From assembly GCA_963785775.1 (NCBI GenBank), contig CAWAWH010000001.1:1233-65232 (forward strand): a DNA stretch of 64,000 nt, read 5' to 3'. Position numbers and translations under genes: made by a program. Shown piece by piece: positions 13,867 to 23,367 of this stretch. Position 1 is the first letter of the stretch, and the number at the start of each line of letters is the position of its first letter. The notes below the pieces were generated by a model. It was not told where the DNA came from and did not search any database. It worked only from the letters and a program-made list of their open reading frames with translations. Source of the stretch: an uncultured Solirubrobacterales bacterium. GTDB lineage: Bacteria; Actinomycetota; Thermoleophilia; Solirubrobacterales; 70-9.

Positions 13867-14859
13867 TCAACCCGAAGCAAGGTCTGCCGCCATGCCGGAA
13901 ACGCCGCTGGAGCTGAGGATCTCGAAGCGGCTTAGCTCGTAGGGCTTCTGCCGTTCGGCGTAGCCGGGGATCTCGGTGGTGGCGCCGGTGTAGCCGGCGG
14001 CTTCGACGGCGGCGACCACGGTCGGGTCGAAGCGGCCGGCCGGGTAGCAGAAGTCGGCGACCGGGACGCCGTACTCGCGCCGCAGCATCGCCCGCGAGCC
14101 GGCGACTTCTTCGTGCAGCTGTTCGGAGTCGAGTTCGGTCAGGTCGAGGTGGTGGATCGTGTGGGCGGCCAGCTCCCAGCCGGCGCCGATCATCGCCCTG
14201 ACGTTGCTTTCGTAGAGGTCGGAGCCTTCCGCCTTCAGGTTGAGGACCCCGGGCCAACCGTGTCGGCGCAGCTCCGGCAGGGCGTAGGTGAACTGCGGCC
14301 GGTAGCCGTCGTCGAAGGAGATCACCACCGGCTTGGCGGGCAGGGTGCCGCCGTGGAACCAGGCCTTCTCGACCTCTTCCAGGGTGACCGCCTGGAACCC
14401 GTGGTCGTCGAGCCAGCTCATCTGGCGGTGGAAGTCGGGCCGGGTCACGTACAGCTCCGGGTAGGGCGCGCCGGCGGGAGCGGCGCCGAGCACGTGGTAC
14501 TCGAGGATCGGCACCGGCCCGGTGTACGGCCGCCAACCGGGCTGAGGGGTGGCGTTGCGGACCAGGCCCGATGACCCTCCTTCCGTCGTGGCACCTGCAG
14601 CACCACCCTGCTTCCCTGCGGTCGCATTCCCCTCCGCCGAGCGGTTGGAAGTGCGACCGCTGCCGCTCCCGCCGACCTTTGAGCCGCCGCCGCTGGCGAT
14701 GACGAGCGCGGCGACCGCGACCGCGGCTACGCCCAGGGCACTGCCTGCAAGCAGCCGACGACGCCTGCCTAACGCTCGCCGCTGCTCCTCGCGGCGGGCG
14801 GTCAGTCGCTCTCGTCGTGCCCCCGGCCCCTCGGGCCTCCCTGTGTCTCGGCTGGCCAT
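13867..14859 (-). CDS. polysaccharide deacetylase (NodB domain) with an N-terminal membrane anchor
   Basis: 330 aa with a TM segment (LLAGSALGVAAVAVAALVIA) and the NodB motifs ISFDDGY, NLK and HTIHHLDL. Confidence 0.85.
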   Translation of the reverse strand: MASRDTGRPEGPGARRERLTARREEQRRALGRRRRLLAGSALGVAAVAVAALVIASGGGSKVGGSGSGRTSNRSAEGNATAGKQGGAAGATTEGGSSGLVRNATPQPGWRPYTGPVPILEYHVLGAAPAGAPYPELYVTRPDFHRQMSWLDDHGFQAVTLEEVEKAWFHGGTLPAKPVVISFDDGYRPQFTYALPELRRHGWPGVLNLKAEGSDLYESNVRAMIGAGWELAAHTIHHLDLTELDSEQLHEEVAGSRAMLRREYGVPVADFCYPAGRFDPTVVAAVEAAGYTGATTEIPGYAERQKPYELSRFEILSSSGVSGMAADLASG

Positions 14860-14890
14860 CCGCGCAGCCGATCATGGTAGGGAAGGACCC

Positions 14891-16009
14891 ATGCAGAGCG
14901 CCGAGCAGCCGATCGAGAGCCTCGCCGAGGCGTTGCGCAGCGCCCACCCCGAGCTGGAGGCGGTGCGGGACGTAGCCGACGAGCCGGTCTACCTGGTGGG
15001 CGGCGCCGTCCGCGACCTGCTGCGCGGCCGCGGCCGCGCCGACATCGACGTCGTCGTCGAGGGCGACGCCGCCGCTCTTGCCGCCCGGCTCGGCGCCGAG
15101 CCGGTCGAGCACGAGCGCTTCGGCACCGCCAAGGTCGATGTCGAAGGCCACGAGGTGGACGTCGCCAGCGCCCGCTCGGAGACCTACCCGCAGCCGGGAG
15201 CCCTGCCCGAGGTTACCCCCGCCGGCATCGAGGCGGACCTGGGCCGCCGCGATTTCACGATCAACGCGATGGCGATCCCGCTGCGGGGCGAGCCGGAGCT
15301 GATCGACCCGCATGGTGGTCGCGGCGACCTCGAGGCCGGGCTGCTGCGTGTCATGCACCAGCGTTCCTTCGTCGACGACCCGACGCGGGCGATCCGCGCC
15401 GCCCGCTACGCCGCCCGCTTCGGCTTCGCGCTGGAGCCGGAGACGGCGGCGCTGCTGCGCGCGGCCGACCTCGGCGCCGTCTCCACCGACCGCCGCCGGG
15501 CCGAGCTGCTGCGCCTGGCGGTGGAAGCGACGGCGCCGCGCGCTCTGGCGCTGCTCTGCGAGTGGGGCCTGGTGGAGCAGCGCGAGGGCGGGGTCGAGCT
15601 GGGGGAGCGGGTGTCGGAGCTGCTCGAGGCGCCGCCCTGGCAGGGCGTGGCGCCGCGTGGGGAAGCCCTGCTCGCGGCGGTGCTGGGGCCGGCCGGCGGC
15701 GAGCGCGAGCTGGCCGCCGCCAAGCCCGGCAGCCCCTCGCGGTCGGTGGAGCTGGCGCGGGGGCACGATCCGATCGAGCTCGTCCTCGCCCGCGCCCTCG
15801 GTGGCGAGTGGCTGGACGACTACGTCGCCAGGTGGCGCGCCGTCGAGCTCGAGATCGACGGCGAGGACCTGATCGCCGCCGGCATCGTGCCCGGCCCGGA
15901 CCTCGGTCGCGGCCTCAGGGCGGCGCTGCGGGCCAAGCTCGACGGCGAGGTCGAGGGACGCGAGCAGGAGCTCGCCGCCGCCCTGATCGCCGCCCGGGGG
16001 GAGGCCTGA
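14891..16009 (+). CDS. cca: CCA-adding tRNA nucleotidyltransferase / poly(A) polymerase family protein
   Basis: Motifs YLVGGAVRDLL.GR...DIDVVV, RDFTINAMA and FVDDPTRAIRAARYAARF. The start is taken at the ATG preceded by ggaagga. Confidence 0.8.
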   Translation: MQSAEQPIESLAEALRSAHPELEAVRDVADEPVYLVGGAVRDLLRGRGRADIDVVVEGDAAALAARLGAEPVEHERFGTAKVDVEGHEVDVASARSETYPQPGALPEVTPAGIEADLGRRDFTINAMAIPLRGEPELIDPHGGRGDLEAGLLRVMHQRSFVDDPTRAIRAARYAARFGFALEPETAALLRAADLGAVSTDRRRAELLRLAVEATAPRALALLCEWGLVEQREGGVELGERVSELLEAPPWQGVAPRGEALLAAVLGPAGGERELAAAKPGSPSRSVELARGHDPIELVLARALGGEWLDDYVARWRAVELEIDGEDLIAAGIVPGPDLGRGLRAALRAKLDGEVEGREQELAAALIAARGEA

Positions 16010-16643
16010 GTGGCCGGCCTGATCCACGGCATCGATCCCGCCAAGGTGCATGCCAACCTCGAGCGCGTCCGCGAGACAGCCGGCGAGGGGGTCGAGATCC
16101 TCGTCGCCGCCAAGTACGTGCCGCTGGAGGAGATGGGCGCCCTGGCCGAGGCCGGGGTGCGCCTGGTCGGCGAGAACCGCCAGCAGGACCTCGCCGCCAA
16201 GCACGAGCGCTGGGGAGATGCTTTCGAGTGGGACTTCATCGGCAACCTGCAGAGCCGCAAGGTCAAGCAGGTGCTGCCGCTCTGCCGCCTGATCCACTCG
16301 GTGGCGAGCGACTCGGTGCTGGCGCGAGCTCGGCAAGCACGGCGGGCCGAAGACCGAGGTCCTGGTCGAGGTCAACGTCGCCGGCGAGGAGGGCAAGGCT
16401 GGCGTCGCGCCTGCCGACCTGCCCGACTTCATCGAGCGCTGCCCGGTCAGGGTCGGCGGCCTGATGACGATGCCGCCGTTCAGCCAGGACCCGGAGGACT
16501 CGCGGCCGCATTTCGCCCGCCTCGCCGAGCTGGCCGCCGCCAACGGGCTCGCCCGCCTCTCGATGGGGACCTCCCAGGACTGGCCGGTCGCGGTCGAGGA
16601 GGGGGCGACGATCATCCGCCTCGGCACCGCGCTGTTCGTGTGA
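16010..16643 (+). pseudogene. YggS-family PLP-binding protein, one frameshift as sequenced
   Basis: The N-terminal part ...ILVAAKYVPLEEM...VRLVGENRQQDL...WDFIGNLQSRKV...IHSVASDSVL continues in the +1 frame as ELGKHGGPKTEVLVEVNVAGEEGKAG...GGLMTMPP...LSMGTSQDW...GATIIRLGTALF*. The break is at about 16323. Confidence 0.85.
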
Positions 16644-16713
16644 ATCGGCGCTAACCTCCCGCATAATTCAGTAAAGGAGTCGGCGGACTCATAGGCCGAA
16701 ACACGCGATACAG

Positions 16714-17271
16714 ATGGCCCTACGAGACACCTGGCATAGAGCACTGGTCTACTTCGGCCTCGCCGAGGACCACGACTACGGTCCCGAATACGAGGACGAG
16801 TTCGAGCCGGAGACCGGCTCCGAGGAAGTCTTCGAGGCGCGCCGCGAGCGCGACCAGGGCTCGGTCCGCCGCCTGCCGACCTCGCGCCGCGCCGCGCCGC
16901 GACGAAATCGACGACATCTTCGCCGACGACGAGCCGATCGCCGCCAGCCGCACCCGTACGCTGCGCCCGGTCGACAACGGCGGCGCCGGCGGCGACATCC
17001 AGGTCCACCTGGTCATCCCCCGCAACTTCAACGACGCCCAGCAGGTCGCCGACCAGTTCAAACGCCGGTGCCGGTGATCCTCAACCTGCAGACCGCCGAT
17101 CACGAGCTCTCGAAGCGGATGATCGACTTCTGCTCCGGGCTCACCTACGCGCTGGACGGCGGCATGCAGCGGATCGCCGAGAAGATGTTCCTGCTGACAC
17201 CGCGCAACGTCGAGGTCTCCGCCGAGGAAAAGGCGAGGCTGATCGACAAGGGCTTCTTCAACCAGTCCTAG
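16714..17271 (+). pseudogene. sepF: cell division protein SepF, internal segment out of frame as sequenced
   Basis: The N-terminal part MALRDTWHRALVYFGL and the C-terminal part PVILNLQTADHELSKRMIDFCSGLTYALDGGMQRIAEKMFLLTPRNVEV are in one frame. The conserved middle part DIQVHLVIPRNFNDAQQVADQFKRR lies in another frame. The breaks are at about 16900 and about 17065. Confidence 0.88.
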
Positions 17272-17305
17272 TCGCCGGCGCGCGCACTCGGAGTCGTCTG
17301 CGCCG

Positions 17306-18047
17306 ATGATCGCTGGGATTGGCGTCTGGGGTCGGGCAGCATGGCTGCGGCAATGGCGCGTGGCTGGAAGGGCGAGTTCGGGCGGATGCTGTTCTCCGAT
17401 AGCGGCTCCGGGCGTGCGCAGGCGCTGGCCGAGGAGCTGGGCGGGGAGGTCTGTGTCCAACGTTGAGATCGCGGAGCGGGCTGATTTCGTCGTGGTCGCT
17501 GTGAAGCCGGCGGCGCTGGACGGGGTGGCGCCGGAATTGGGTGGGGCTCGAGGAGGTGGTCTCGGTCCTTGCGCGGTGCCGCTCGAGCGGCTGGAATCGG
17601 CGTTCCCGGACGCGGAGGTGCTGCGGGTGATGCCGAACGTGGGGGTGGAGGTGCGCAAGGGGGTGCTCTGCGTCGCGGGCGAAGCCTCGGAGGAGGTGCG
17701 GGCGAAGCTGGCGGTGCTCGGCCGCGTCGTCGAGATTCCCGACGGCGACTTCGACGAGGCGACCGCGATGATGGGCTGTGCGCCCGCCTACCTGGCGCTG
17801 GCGGTGGAGGCGATCGCCGACGCCGGGGCCGCCGCCGGCCTCGACGGGGAGCTGGCGCGGGAGCTGGTGGTCGAGACCACCGCCGGAACCGCCGAGCTGC
17901 TGCGCATCCGCCACCCGGCCGACGTCCGCAGGGCGGTCGCCTCGCCCGGCGGCAGCACCGAGGCGGGCCTCGAGGCGCTCGATCGCGAAGGCGCGGCGGG
18001 AGGCGTTCGCGGCGGCGGTGCGGGCCTCGCTGGAGAGGATGCGGCGG
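17306..18047 (+). pseudogene. proC: pyrroline-5-carboxylate reductase, at least 5 frame breaks as sequenced
   Basis: ProC segments alternate between frames: MIAGIG / LGSGSMAAAMARGW...AQALAEELGGEV / SNVEIAERADFVVVAVKPAAL / EEVVSVLA / VPLERLESAFPDAEVLRVMPNV...ASPGGSTEAGLEALD / REAFAAAVRASLERMRR. The breaks are at about 17325, 17452, 17540, 17573 and 17990. The 3' end is uncertain. Confidence 0.85.
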
Positions 18048-18358
18048 ATGATCCCGCTGGCGCTCAGCCGAGGGTCAGACGTCGCCGACTACGTCAACGC
18101 GCTCTTCATCGTCTACATCGTGCTCATGATCCTGATCAACGTGCTGATCTCCTTCGTGCCGCGGATGCCCGTACCGCCCCTGGCTGCGCTCGCTGCTCGA
18201 CTTCGTCACCGAGACGACCAATCCCTACTCAACTTCTTGCGGCGCTTCCTGCGGCCGATCGGCGCCGGCGGCATGGCCTTCGACCTCGCCCCGATGCTCG
18301 CGATCTTCCTGCTCCTGGCGTCGCGCAGGGCATCGCCGTCGACCCGATCGCCGGGTGA
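18048..18358 (+). pseudogene. YggT-family membrane protein, about 3 frame breaks as sequenced
   Basis: YggT segments in alternating frames: MIPLAL...DYVNALFIVYIVLMILINVLISFVPRMP / PWLRSLLDFVTETTNPY / LNFLRRFLRPIGAGGMAFDLAPMLAIFLLL / AQGIAVDPIAG*. The breaks are at about 18170, 18225 and 18315. Confidence 0.75.
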
Positions 18359-18830
18359 GTGCCGCCGCCCGCGCCTGGTGGCGGGCCGGGGCCGTCTGCG
18401 CGCTCGTGATCGTCGCCGACCAGGGCGGCAAGGCGGCGATCGAGGCACGACATGGTGCCCGGGCCAGCAGGTCGACGTGCTCGGCCCGCTGCAGCCTCAC
18501 GCTCTCCCACAACGAAGGTGTCGCCTTCGGGCTCGCCGGCGGCACCGGGGCGCCGCTGATCCTGGTCACGGCCGCGGCGCTGGGCGTCGTCGCTCTACCT
18601 CTTCGCCCGCAACCCGACCCGGCCGGGGATGTGGATCGCGACCGGGCTGCTGGCCGGCGGCGCGATCGGCAACCTCATCGACCGCGTCCGCGCCGGCGCC
18701 GTCACCGACTTCGTCGACCTGCCGCCACTGGCCGCCGTTCAACCTCGCCGACGTGGCGATCACCGCCGGCGTGCTGCTGCTCGTCTTCATCTACCTGCGC
18801 GAAGCCGAGCGGGAGCGCGGCGGTGGCTGA
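18355..18830 (+). pseudogene. lspA: lipoprotein signal peptidase II, about 5 frame breaks as sequenced
   Basis: GTGA overlap with yggT. LspA segments in alternating frames: VIVADQGGKAAIE / VPGQQVDVLGPL / SLTLSHNEGVAFGL / LYLFARNPTRPGMWIATGLLAGGAIGNLIDR...DFVDLP / HWPPFNLADVAITAGVLLLV. All resolvable events are net +1. Confidence 0.85.
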
Positions 18831-19515
18831 GCCGGCGCTGCGGATCGTCCACCTCGACGAGGCGCTCGCCGTGGTCGACAAGCCAGCCGGCCTGGTCGTC
18901 CACCCGGCGCCCGTCGCACAGCGGCCCGACCCTGGTCGACGAGCTGGGCGAGATCCTCGGCGGCGGCGAGGACCCCGAGCGCCCGGGGATCGTCCACCGG
19001 CTCGACAAGGGCACCAGCGGGCTGCTGGTGGTCGCCCGCGGCGAGGAGGCCCACGCCGCCCTGCAGGCGCCAGGTCCAGCGCCGCGAGGTCGAGCGGATC
19101 TACCTGGCGCTGGCCGGCGGCAGGCTCGGCTCGCGGACCGGCACGATCGACGCCCCGATCGGGCGCGCCTCGCGCCAGCGCCACCGCATGGCGGTCTCCG
19201 GCGCCGCCTCGCGCCAGGCCCGCACCCACTTCACCGTGCTCGAGCTGCTGAGCCTGGAGAGCTACCTGGAGGCGCGCCTGGAGACCGGCCGCACCCACCA
19301 GATCCGCGCCCACTTCGCCGCCATCGGCCACCCGCTGACCGGCGACTCACCTACGGCGGGGCCCGCCGCTACGAGCCTCCGGCGCCAGTTCCTCCACGCC
19401 CACCGGCTCGCCTTCGACCACCCGTTCAGCGGCGAGCGGCTGAGATTCGAATCACGCCCTGCCCGAGGACCTCGCCGCCGCCCTGCGAGGCGGCCCGCGC
19501 AGCTCAGGCCGTTGA
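18823..19515 (+). pseudogene. rluD: RluA/RluD-family 23S rRNA pseudouridine synthase, about 5 frame breaks as sequenced
   Basis: RluD segments in alternating frames: VVDKPAGLVVHPAP / HSGPTLVDEL...GIVHRLDKGTSGLLVVAR / REVERIYLALAGG...RTHQIRAHFAAIGHPLTGD / TYGG / RRQFLHAHRLAFDHPFSGERLRFES / LPEDLAAAL...*. The breaks are at about 18912, 19068, 19342, 19360 and 19450. Confidence 0.85.
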
Positions 19516-19539
19516 GGCTCCCCCGCGACGCCCTAGCTC

Positions 19540-19545
19540 TACAAT
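19540..19545 (+). promoter_or_regulatory. -10 box TACAAT upstream of the rpsB leader
   Basis: TANNNT hexamer about 110 nt upstream of the rpsB ATG. The leader contains the hairpin cctggcg-cccga-cgccagg and the SD AAGGAG at 19645-19650. Confidence 0.35.
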
Positions 19546-19656
19546 CGCCGTTCAGAAACCAATCCCCGTTCGCTGCGAACCGGATCCTGCCTGGCGCCCG
19601 ACGCCAGGTCCGGCAAGCGGGGCGGGAGCGCTGCACCACAGACCAAGGAGACTTCA

Positions 19657-20721
19657 ATGCCAGAGGCAGGCCTCACAGAGCTGCTCGAGGCCGGAGTCCA
19701 CTTCGGCCACCAGACGCGCCGCTGGAACCCGAACATGCGCCGCTTCATCTTCGGCGAGCTGGACGGGATCCACATCATCGACCTGCTGCAGACCGAGGCG
19801 CTGCTGGAGAACGCGCGGCGCTTCGCCGGCGAGCTCGCCAGCGGCGGCGGCACGGTGCTCTTCGTCGGCACCAAGAAGCAGGCCCGCGACACGGTCCAGG
19901 AATGGGCCGATCGCTGCAAGATGCCCTACGTCAACAAGCGCTGGCTGGGCGGGCTGCTGACCAACTTCAACACGATGTCGCACCGGATCGCCCGCCTGCA
20001 CGAGCTCAACGGCTGGAAAGAGGAGGGCAAACTCGACCTGCTGCCGACCAAGGAGCGGATGGGCATGGAGGCCGAACTCGCCAAGCTCGAGTTCAACCTC
20101 GGCGGCGTCCGCGACATGGACCGGCTGCCCGACGCGGTCTTCGTCACCGACCTCAAAACCGAGGAGATCGCGGTCCACGAGGCGGCGCGCCTGCGGATCC
20201 CGATCATCGGCCTGGTCGACACCAACTGCGACCCGACGCCGGTCGACTTCGTGATTCCCGGCAACGACGACGCGATCCGCTCCTGCGAGCTGGTCATCGG
20301 CACGATCGGCGGCGCCGTCGAGGAGGGCTCCGGTGCCTGGCGGGTCCAGGAGGAGAAGCGGATCGCCGAGGAAATGGCGCGCCGCAAAAAGGACGAGGAA
20401 GAGCGCAAGAAGCGCGAGGAGGAAGAGAAGGCGCGGGTTGAGGCGGAGGAGGCGAAAAAAGCGGCCGAGGAGGCCGAGGCGCAGGCGAAAGCCACCGCGG
20501 CGGCAGCAGGCGAAAGCGGCGCAGACTCCAGCCCAGCCGCCCCGGCGCCGCAGGTCCTGCTCGCCCGGGGGACGCACGCCTCGTCCTCGCAAGCTGCGAG
20601 GCGAGGCGCCATCGCCCGCGCGCCGAGCCCGCGGCACCGAGAGCCGCTCCGGCTGCAATGGCCCGCGGAGCGAGACGCCAGTGCCGCGAGGCCACCGAGG
20701 AGGAGGAGGGGGACGAAATGA
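19657..20721 (+). CDS. rpsB: 30S ribosomal protein S2 with a long Lys/Glu/Ala-rich C-terminal extension (3' end uncertain)
   Basis: Motifs [34 protein letters not shown] and DTNCDP. The tail is [33 protein letters not shown]. The last approximately 60 codons look out of frame (Arg/Pro-rich), so the true stop may lie earlier. Confidence 0.85.
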   Translation: MPEAGLTELLEAGVHFGHQTRRWNPNMRRFIFGELDGIHIIDLLQTEALLENARRFAGELASGGGTVLFVGTKKQARDTVQEWADRCKMPYVNKRWLGGLLTNFNTMSHRIARLHELNGWKEEGKLDLLPTKERMGMEAELAKLEFNLGGVRDMDRLPDAVFVTDLKTEEIAVHEAARLRIPIIGLVDTNCDPTPVDFVIPGNDDAIRSCELVIGTIGGAVEEGSGAWRVQEEKRIAEEMARRKKDEEERKKREEEEKARVEAEEAKKAAEEAEAQAKATAAAAGESGADSSPAAPAPQVLLARGTHASSSQAARRGAIARAPSPRHREPLRLQWPAERDASAARPPRRRRGTK

Positions 20722-21326
20722 GCGGGGTCACCGCCGCCGACGTGAAGGCGCTCCGGGATCGGACCGGGGCGGCGATGATGGACTGCAAAGCCGCGCTGAC
20801 CGAGGCCGAAGGCGATACCGAGCGGGCGATCGAGCTGCTGCGCGTCAAGGGCCAGGCCTCGGCCGCCAAGCGCGAGGGCCGCGGCACCAACGAGGGCGTC
20901 GTCTCCTCCTACATCCACGCCAACGACAGGGTCGGGGCGATGGTCGAAGTCCAGTGCGAGACCGACTTCGTCGCCCGCAACGAGGACTTCAAGGCCTTCG
21001 CCTACCAGGTCGCCCTGCACGTGGCGGCGACGGCGCCGCGCTACGTCTCCTCCGAGGAGATCCCGGAGGAGGAGCGCGAGGCCGAGAAGCGGGTCTTCGA
21101 AGAGAAGGCGCGCGAGGAAGGCAAGCCGGACGACGTGGTCGAGAAGATCGTCGCCGGGCAGCTCTCGAAGTGGGCCAGCGAGGTGGCGCTGCTCGACCAG
21201 TCCCACGTCAACGCCGAGAAGCACGACTCGAAGACGATCGAGGAGCTGCGCCAGGAGCTGGCCGCGAAGACCGGCGAGAACGTCCGCATCGCCCGCTTCG
21301 CCTACTTCCGCGTCGGCGAGGAATAG
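20718..21326 (+). CDS. tsf: elongation factor Ts (short form)
   Basis: SD AGGAGGAGG. Motifs: [22 protein letters not shown] and [27 protein letters not shown]. Confidence 0.93.
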   Translation: MSGVTAADVKALRDRTGAAMMDCKAALTEAEGDTERAIELLRVKGQASAAKREGRGTNEGVVSSYIHANDRVGAMVEVQCETDFVARNEDFKAFAYQVALHVAATAPRYVSSEEIPEEEREAEKRVFEEKAREEGKPDDVVEKIVAGQLSKWASEVALLDQSHVNAEKHDSKTIEELRQELAAKTGENVRIARFAYFRVGEE

Positions 21327-21329
21327 GCT
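21324..21329 (+). promoter_or_regulatory. -10 box TAGGCT, 8 nt upstream of the pyrH GTG (leaderless)
   Basis: In GAATAGGCT the TAG is the tsf stop codon. There is an 8-nt spacer to GTG 21338. Confidence 0.45.
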
Positions 21330-21337
21330 CAGCCCAC

Positions 21338-22105
21338 GTGACCGATTCTCCCGAGCCGCGCTTCGGGCGCATCCTGCTGAAGCTTTCCGGCGAGGCCCTG
21401 ATGGGCAGCCTCGAATTCGGCACCGACGGCGCCGAGGTCGACCGCATTGCCAAGCAGGTCTCGGCGATCCGCGACCGCGGCGTCGAGGTGGCGATCGTGG
21501 TCGGCGCCGGCAACATCTACCGCGGCCTCGACGGGGCGGCGAGCGGCATGGACCGCGCCACCGGCGACTACATGGGGATGCTGGCCACGGTCCTCAACGC
21601 GCTGACGCTGCAGGACGCGCTGGAGCGCCTCGGGCAGCACACCCGGGTGATGTCGGCGATCGACGTCAAGGAGGTCGCCGAGCCCTACATCCGCCGCCGC
21701 GCCATGCGCCACCTCGAGAAGGGCCGGGTGGTGATCTTCGCCGCTGGCACCGGCAACCCGTTCTTCACCACCGACACCGCCGCCGCGCTGCGGGCGCTGG
21801 AGATCCACGCCGAGGCGATCCTGATGGCCAAGAACGGGGTGGAGGGGGTCTACGACGCCGACCCGGCGACCCATCCCGAGGCCGAGTTCATCCCCGCGAT
21901 CACCCACCGCGAAGCGATCGAGCGCGGCCTCAAGGTGATGGATTCGACGGCGCTCTCGCTCTGCATGGACAACGACCTGCCGATCTACGTCTTCAACATG
22001 GGCGACGAGAAGAACATAGATAGGATCGTCTCCGGCGAGAAGGTGGGCACCCTGGTCTCCAACGGGCCCGCCGCAATGAGCGAGGACGGGAACCCGTGGA
22101 GCTGA
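21338..22105 (+). CDS. pyrH: UMP kinase
   Basis: Motifs: [51 protein letters not shown]. Confidence 0.94.
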   Translation: MTDSPEPRFGRILLKLSGEALMGSLEFGTDGAEVDRIAKQVSAIRDRGVEVAIVVGAGNIYRGLDGAASGMDRATGDYMGMLATVLNALTLQDALERLGQHTRVMSAIDVKEVAEPYIRRRAMRHLEKGRVVIFAAGTGNPFFTTDTAAALRALEIHAEAILMAKNGVEGVYDADPATHPEAEFIPAITHREAIERGLKVMDSTALSLCMDNDLPIYVFNMGDEKNIDRIVSGEKVGTLVSNGPAAMSEDGNPWS

Positions 22106-22660
22106 TCGACGAACTGCTGGAGGACGCCAAGGGGCGGATGGCCAAGTCGGTCGAGTCCAGCCGTGGCGAACTGGCCACGGTCCGCACCGGCCGCGCCTCG
22201 CCGCACCTGCTCGACCGCATCGTCGTCGACTACTACGGCAACCCGACGCCGCTCAAGCAGCTCGCCAACGTCGCCACCACCGACGCCCGCCTGCTCACCG
22301 TCACCCCCTTCGACAAGGGCGCGCTGGGCGGGATCGAGAAATCGATCCAGGAGTCCGACGTCGGCCTCACCCCGAGCAACGACGGCAACGTGATCCGCCT
22401 GCAGATCCCGGAGCTGACCGAGGAGCGGCGGCGCGGAGATGGTCAAGGTGGTCCACGGCGTCGCCGAGGAGGGCCGGGTCGCGATCCGCAACGTCCGCCG
22501 CGACATCATGCACGACCTGCGCGAGCTGAAGAAGGAGGGCGAGGCGGGCGAGGACGACGAGCGCCGGGCCGAGGCTTCGCTGCAGAAGCAGACCGACGAC
22601 GCGATCGCCGAGATCGACGGTTTGCTGAAGGGCAAGGAAGAGGAAATCCTCGAGGTGTGA
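22096..22660 (+). pseudogene. frr: ribosome recycling factor, one frameshift as sequenced
   Basis: The N-terminal part ...ELATVRTGRASPHLLDRIVVDYYG..TPLKQLANV...LQIPELTEERRR continues in the +1 frame as MVKVVHGVAEEGRVAIRNVRRD...EILEV*. The break is at about 22432, where an extra g appears in cgcggagatgg. Confidence 0.9.
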
Positions 22661-22698
22661 GGCGGTGAGACGCCGCCTCAGGGGATCGCGCGTCGCCG

Positions 22699-23367
22699 AT
22701 GACCGCGCCCAGATACGTGGCGATCATCACCGATGGCAACGGCCGCTGGGCGCAGCAGCGCGGCCTGCCGGTCGCTGAGGGGCACCGGGCGGGCGCCGAC
22801 GTGGTCAAGGCGCGGCTGCGCGACGCCGTCGAGCTGGGGGTCGAGGAGCTGACCGTCTTCTCCTTCTCGACCGAGAACTGGACCCGGCCCTCCGAGGAGG
22901 TCGCGGGGCTGATGGAGATGATGGGCGAGCGGATCGCCGGCGAGACGCCCGAGCTGGACGCAGAAGGGGTGCGGATGCGCTTCGTCGGCCGCCGCGAGGG
23001 GGTGCCGCCGAACCTGGTCGAGCTGATGGAGTGGGCCGAAGAGAAGACCGCGGGCAACGACCGGATCGAGTTCTTCGTCGCCTTCAACTACGGCGGCAGG
23101 GCGGAGATCGTCGATGCGGCGCGAAGCTTTCAGGGGGGCTCCGAGGAGGAGTTCCGACGCCACCTCTACGTGCCGGAGATGCACGACCCAGACCTCCTGA
23201 TACGAACCAGCGGCGAGCAGCGCATCTCCAACTACCTGCTCTGGCAGTGCGCCTACTCGGAGCTGGTCTTCCGCGACGAGCTCTGGCCGGACTTCGACCG
23301 CGCCGCCTTCGAGGACTCGTTGCGCGAGTACGAGACGCGTCAGCGCCGCTTCGGAGCGAGATCGTGA
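22699..23367 (+). CDS. uppS: undecaprenyl (isoprenyl) diphosphate synthase
   Basis: Motifs: VAIITDGNGRWA, GHRAG, FSFSTENWTRP, IRTSGEQRISNYLLWQ. Confidence 0.94.
   Translation: MTAPRYVAIITDGNGRWAQQRGLPVAEGHRAGADVVKARLRDAVELGVEELTVFSFSTENWTRPSEEVAGLMEMMGERIAGETPELDAEGVRMRFVGRREGVPPNLVELMEWAEEKTAGNDRIEFFVAFNYGGRAEIVDAARSFQGGSEEEFRRHLYVPEMHDPDLLIRTSGEQRISNYLLWQCAYSELVFRDELWPDFDRAAFEDSLREYETRQRRFGARS

Noticed and set aside
13628-17008. 1126-aa minus-strand ORF. Similar giant ORFs occur at 41014-44640 (-), 43495-46167 (+), 46064-49279 (+, 5' two thirds), 8508-9860 (-) and 9404-10894 (-).
   Set aside because: Their translations are Arg/Pro/Gly/Ala-rich low-complexity text, typical of antisense or off-frame reading in very GC-rich DNA. 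They overlap well-supported genes on the other strand or frame. Only the segments corresponding to real genes were kept (nadE N-terminus, WS/DGAT, thiolase).
19441-19460. tRNA-like T-arm string gagattcgaatcac. A similar string, aggttcaaaccgg, occurs near 29311.
   Set aside because: No acceptor, D or anticodon arms can be built around them. The first lies inside rluD coding sequence. No tRNA genes were found in the window, including the 16S-23S spacer.
22659-22679. Hairpin gaggcgg-tgagacg-ccgcctc after frr as an intrinsic terminator.
   Set aside because: It has only a 7-bp stem and no U-tract, and uppS follows 20 nt later in the same orientation. It may be a weak attenuator at most.
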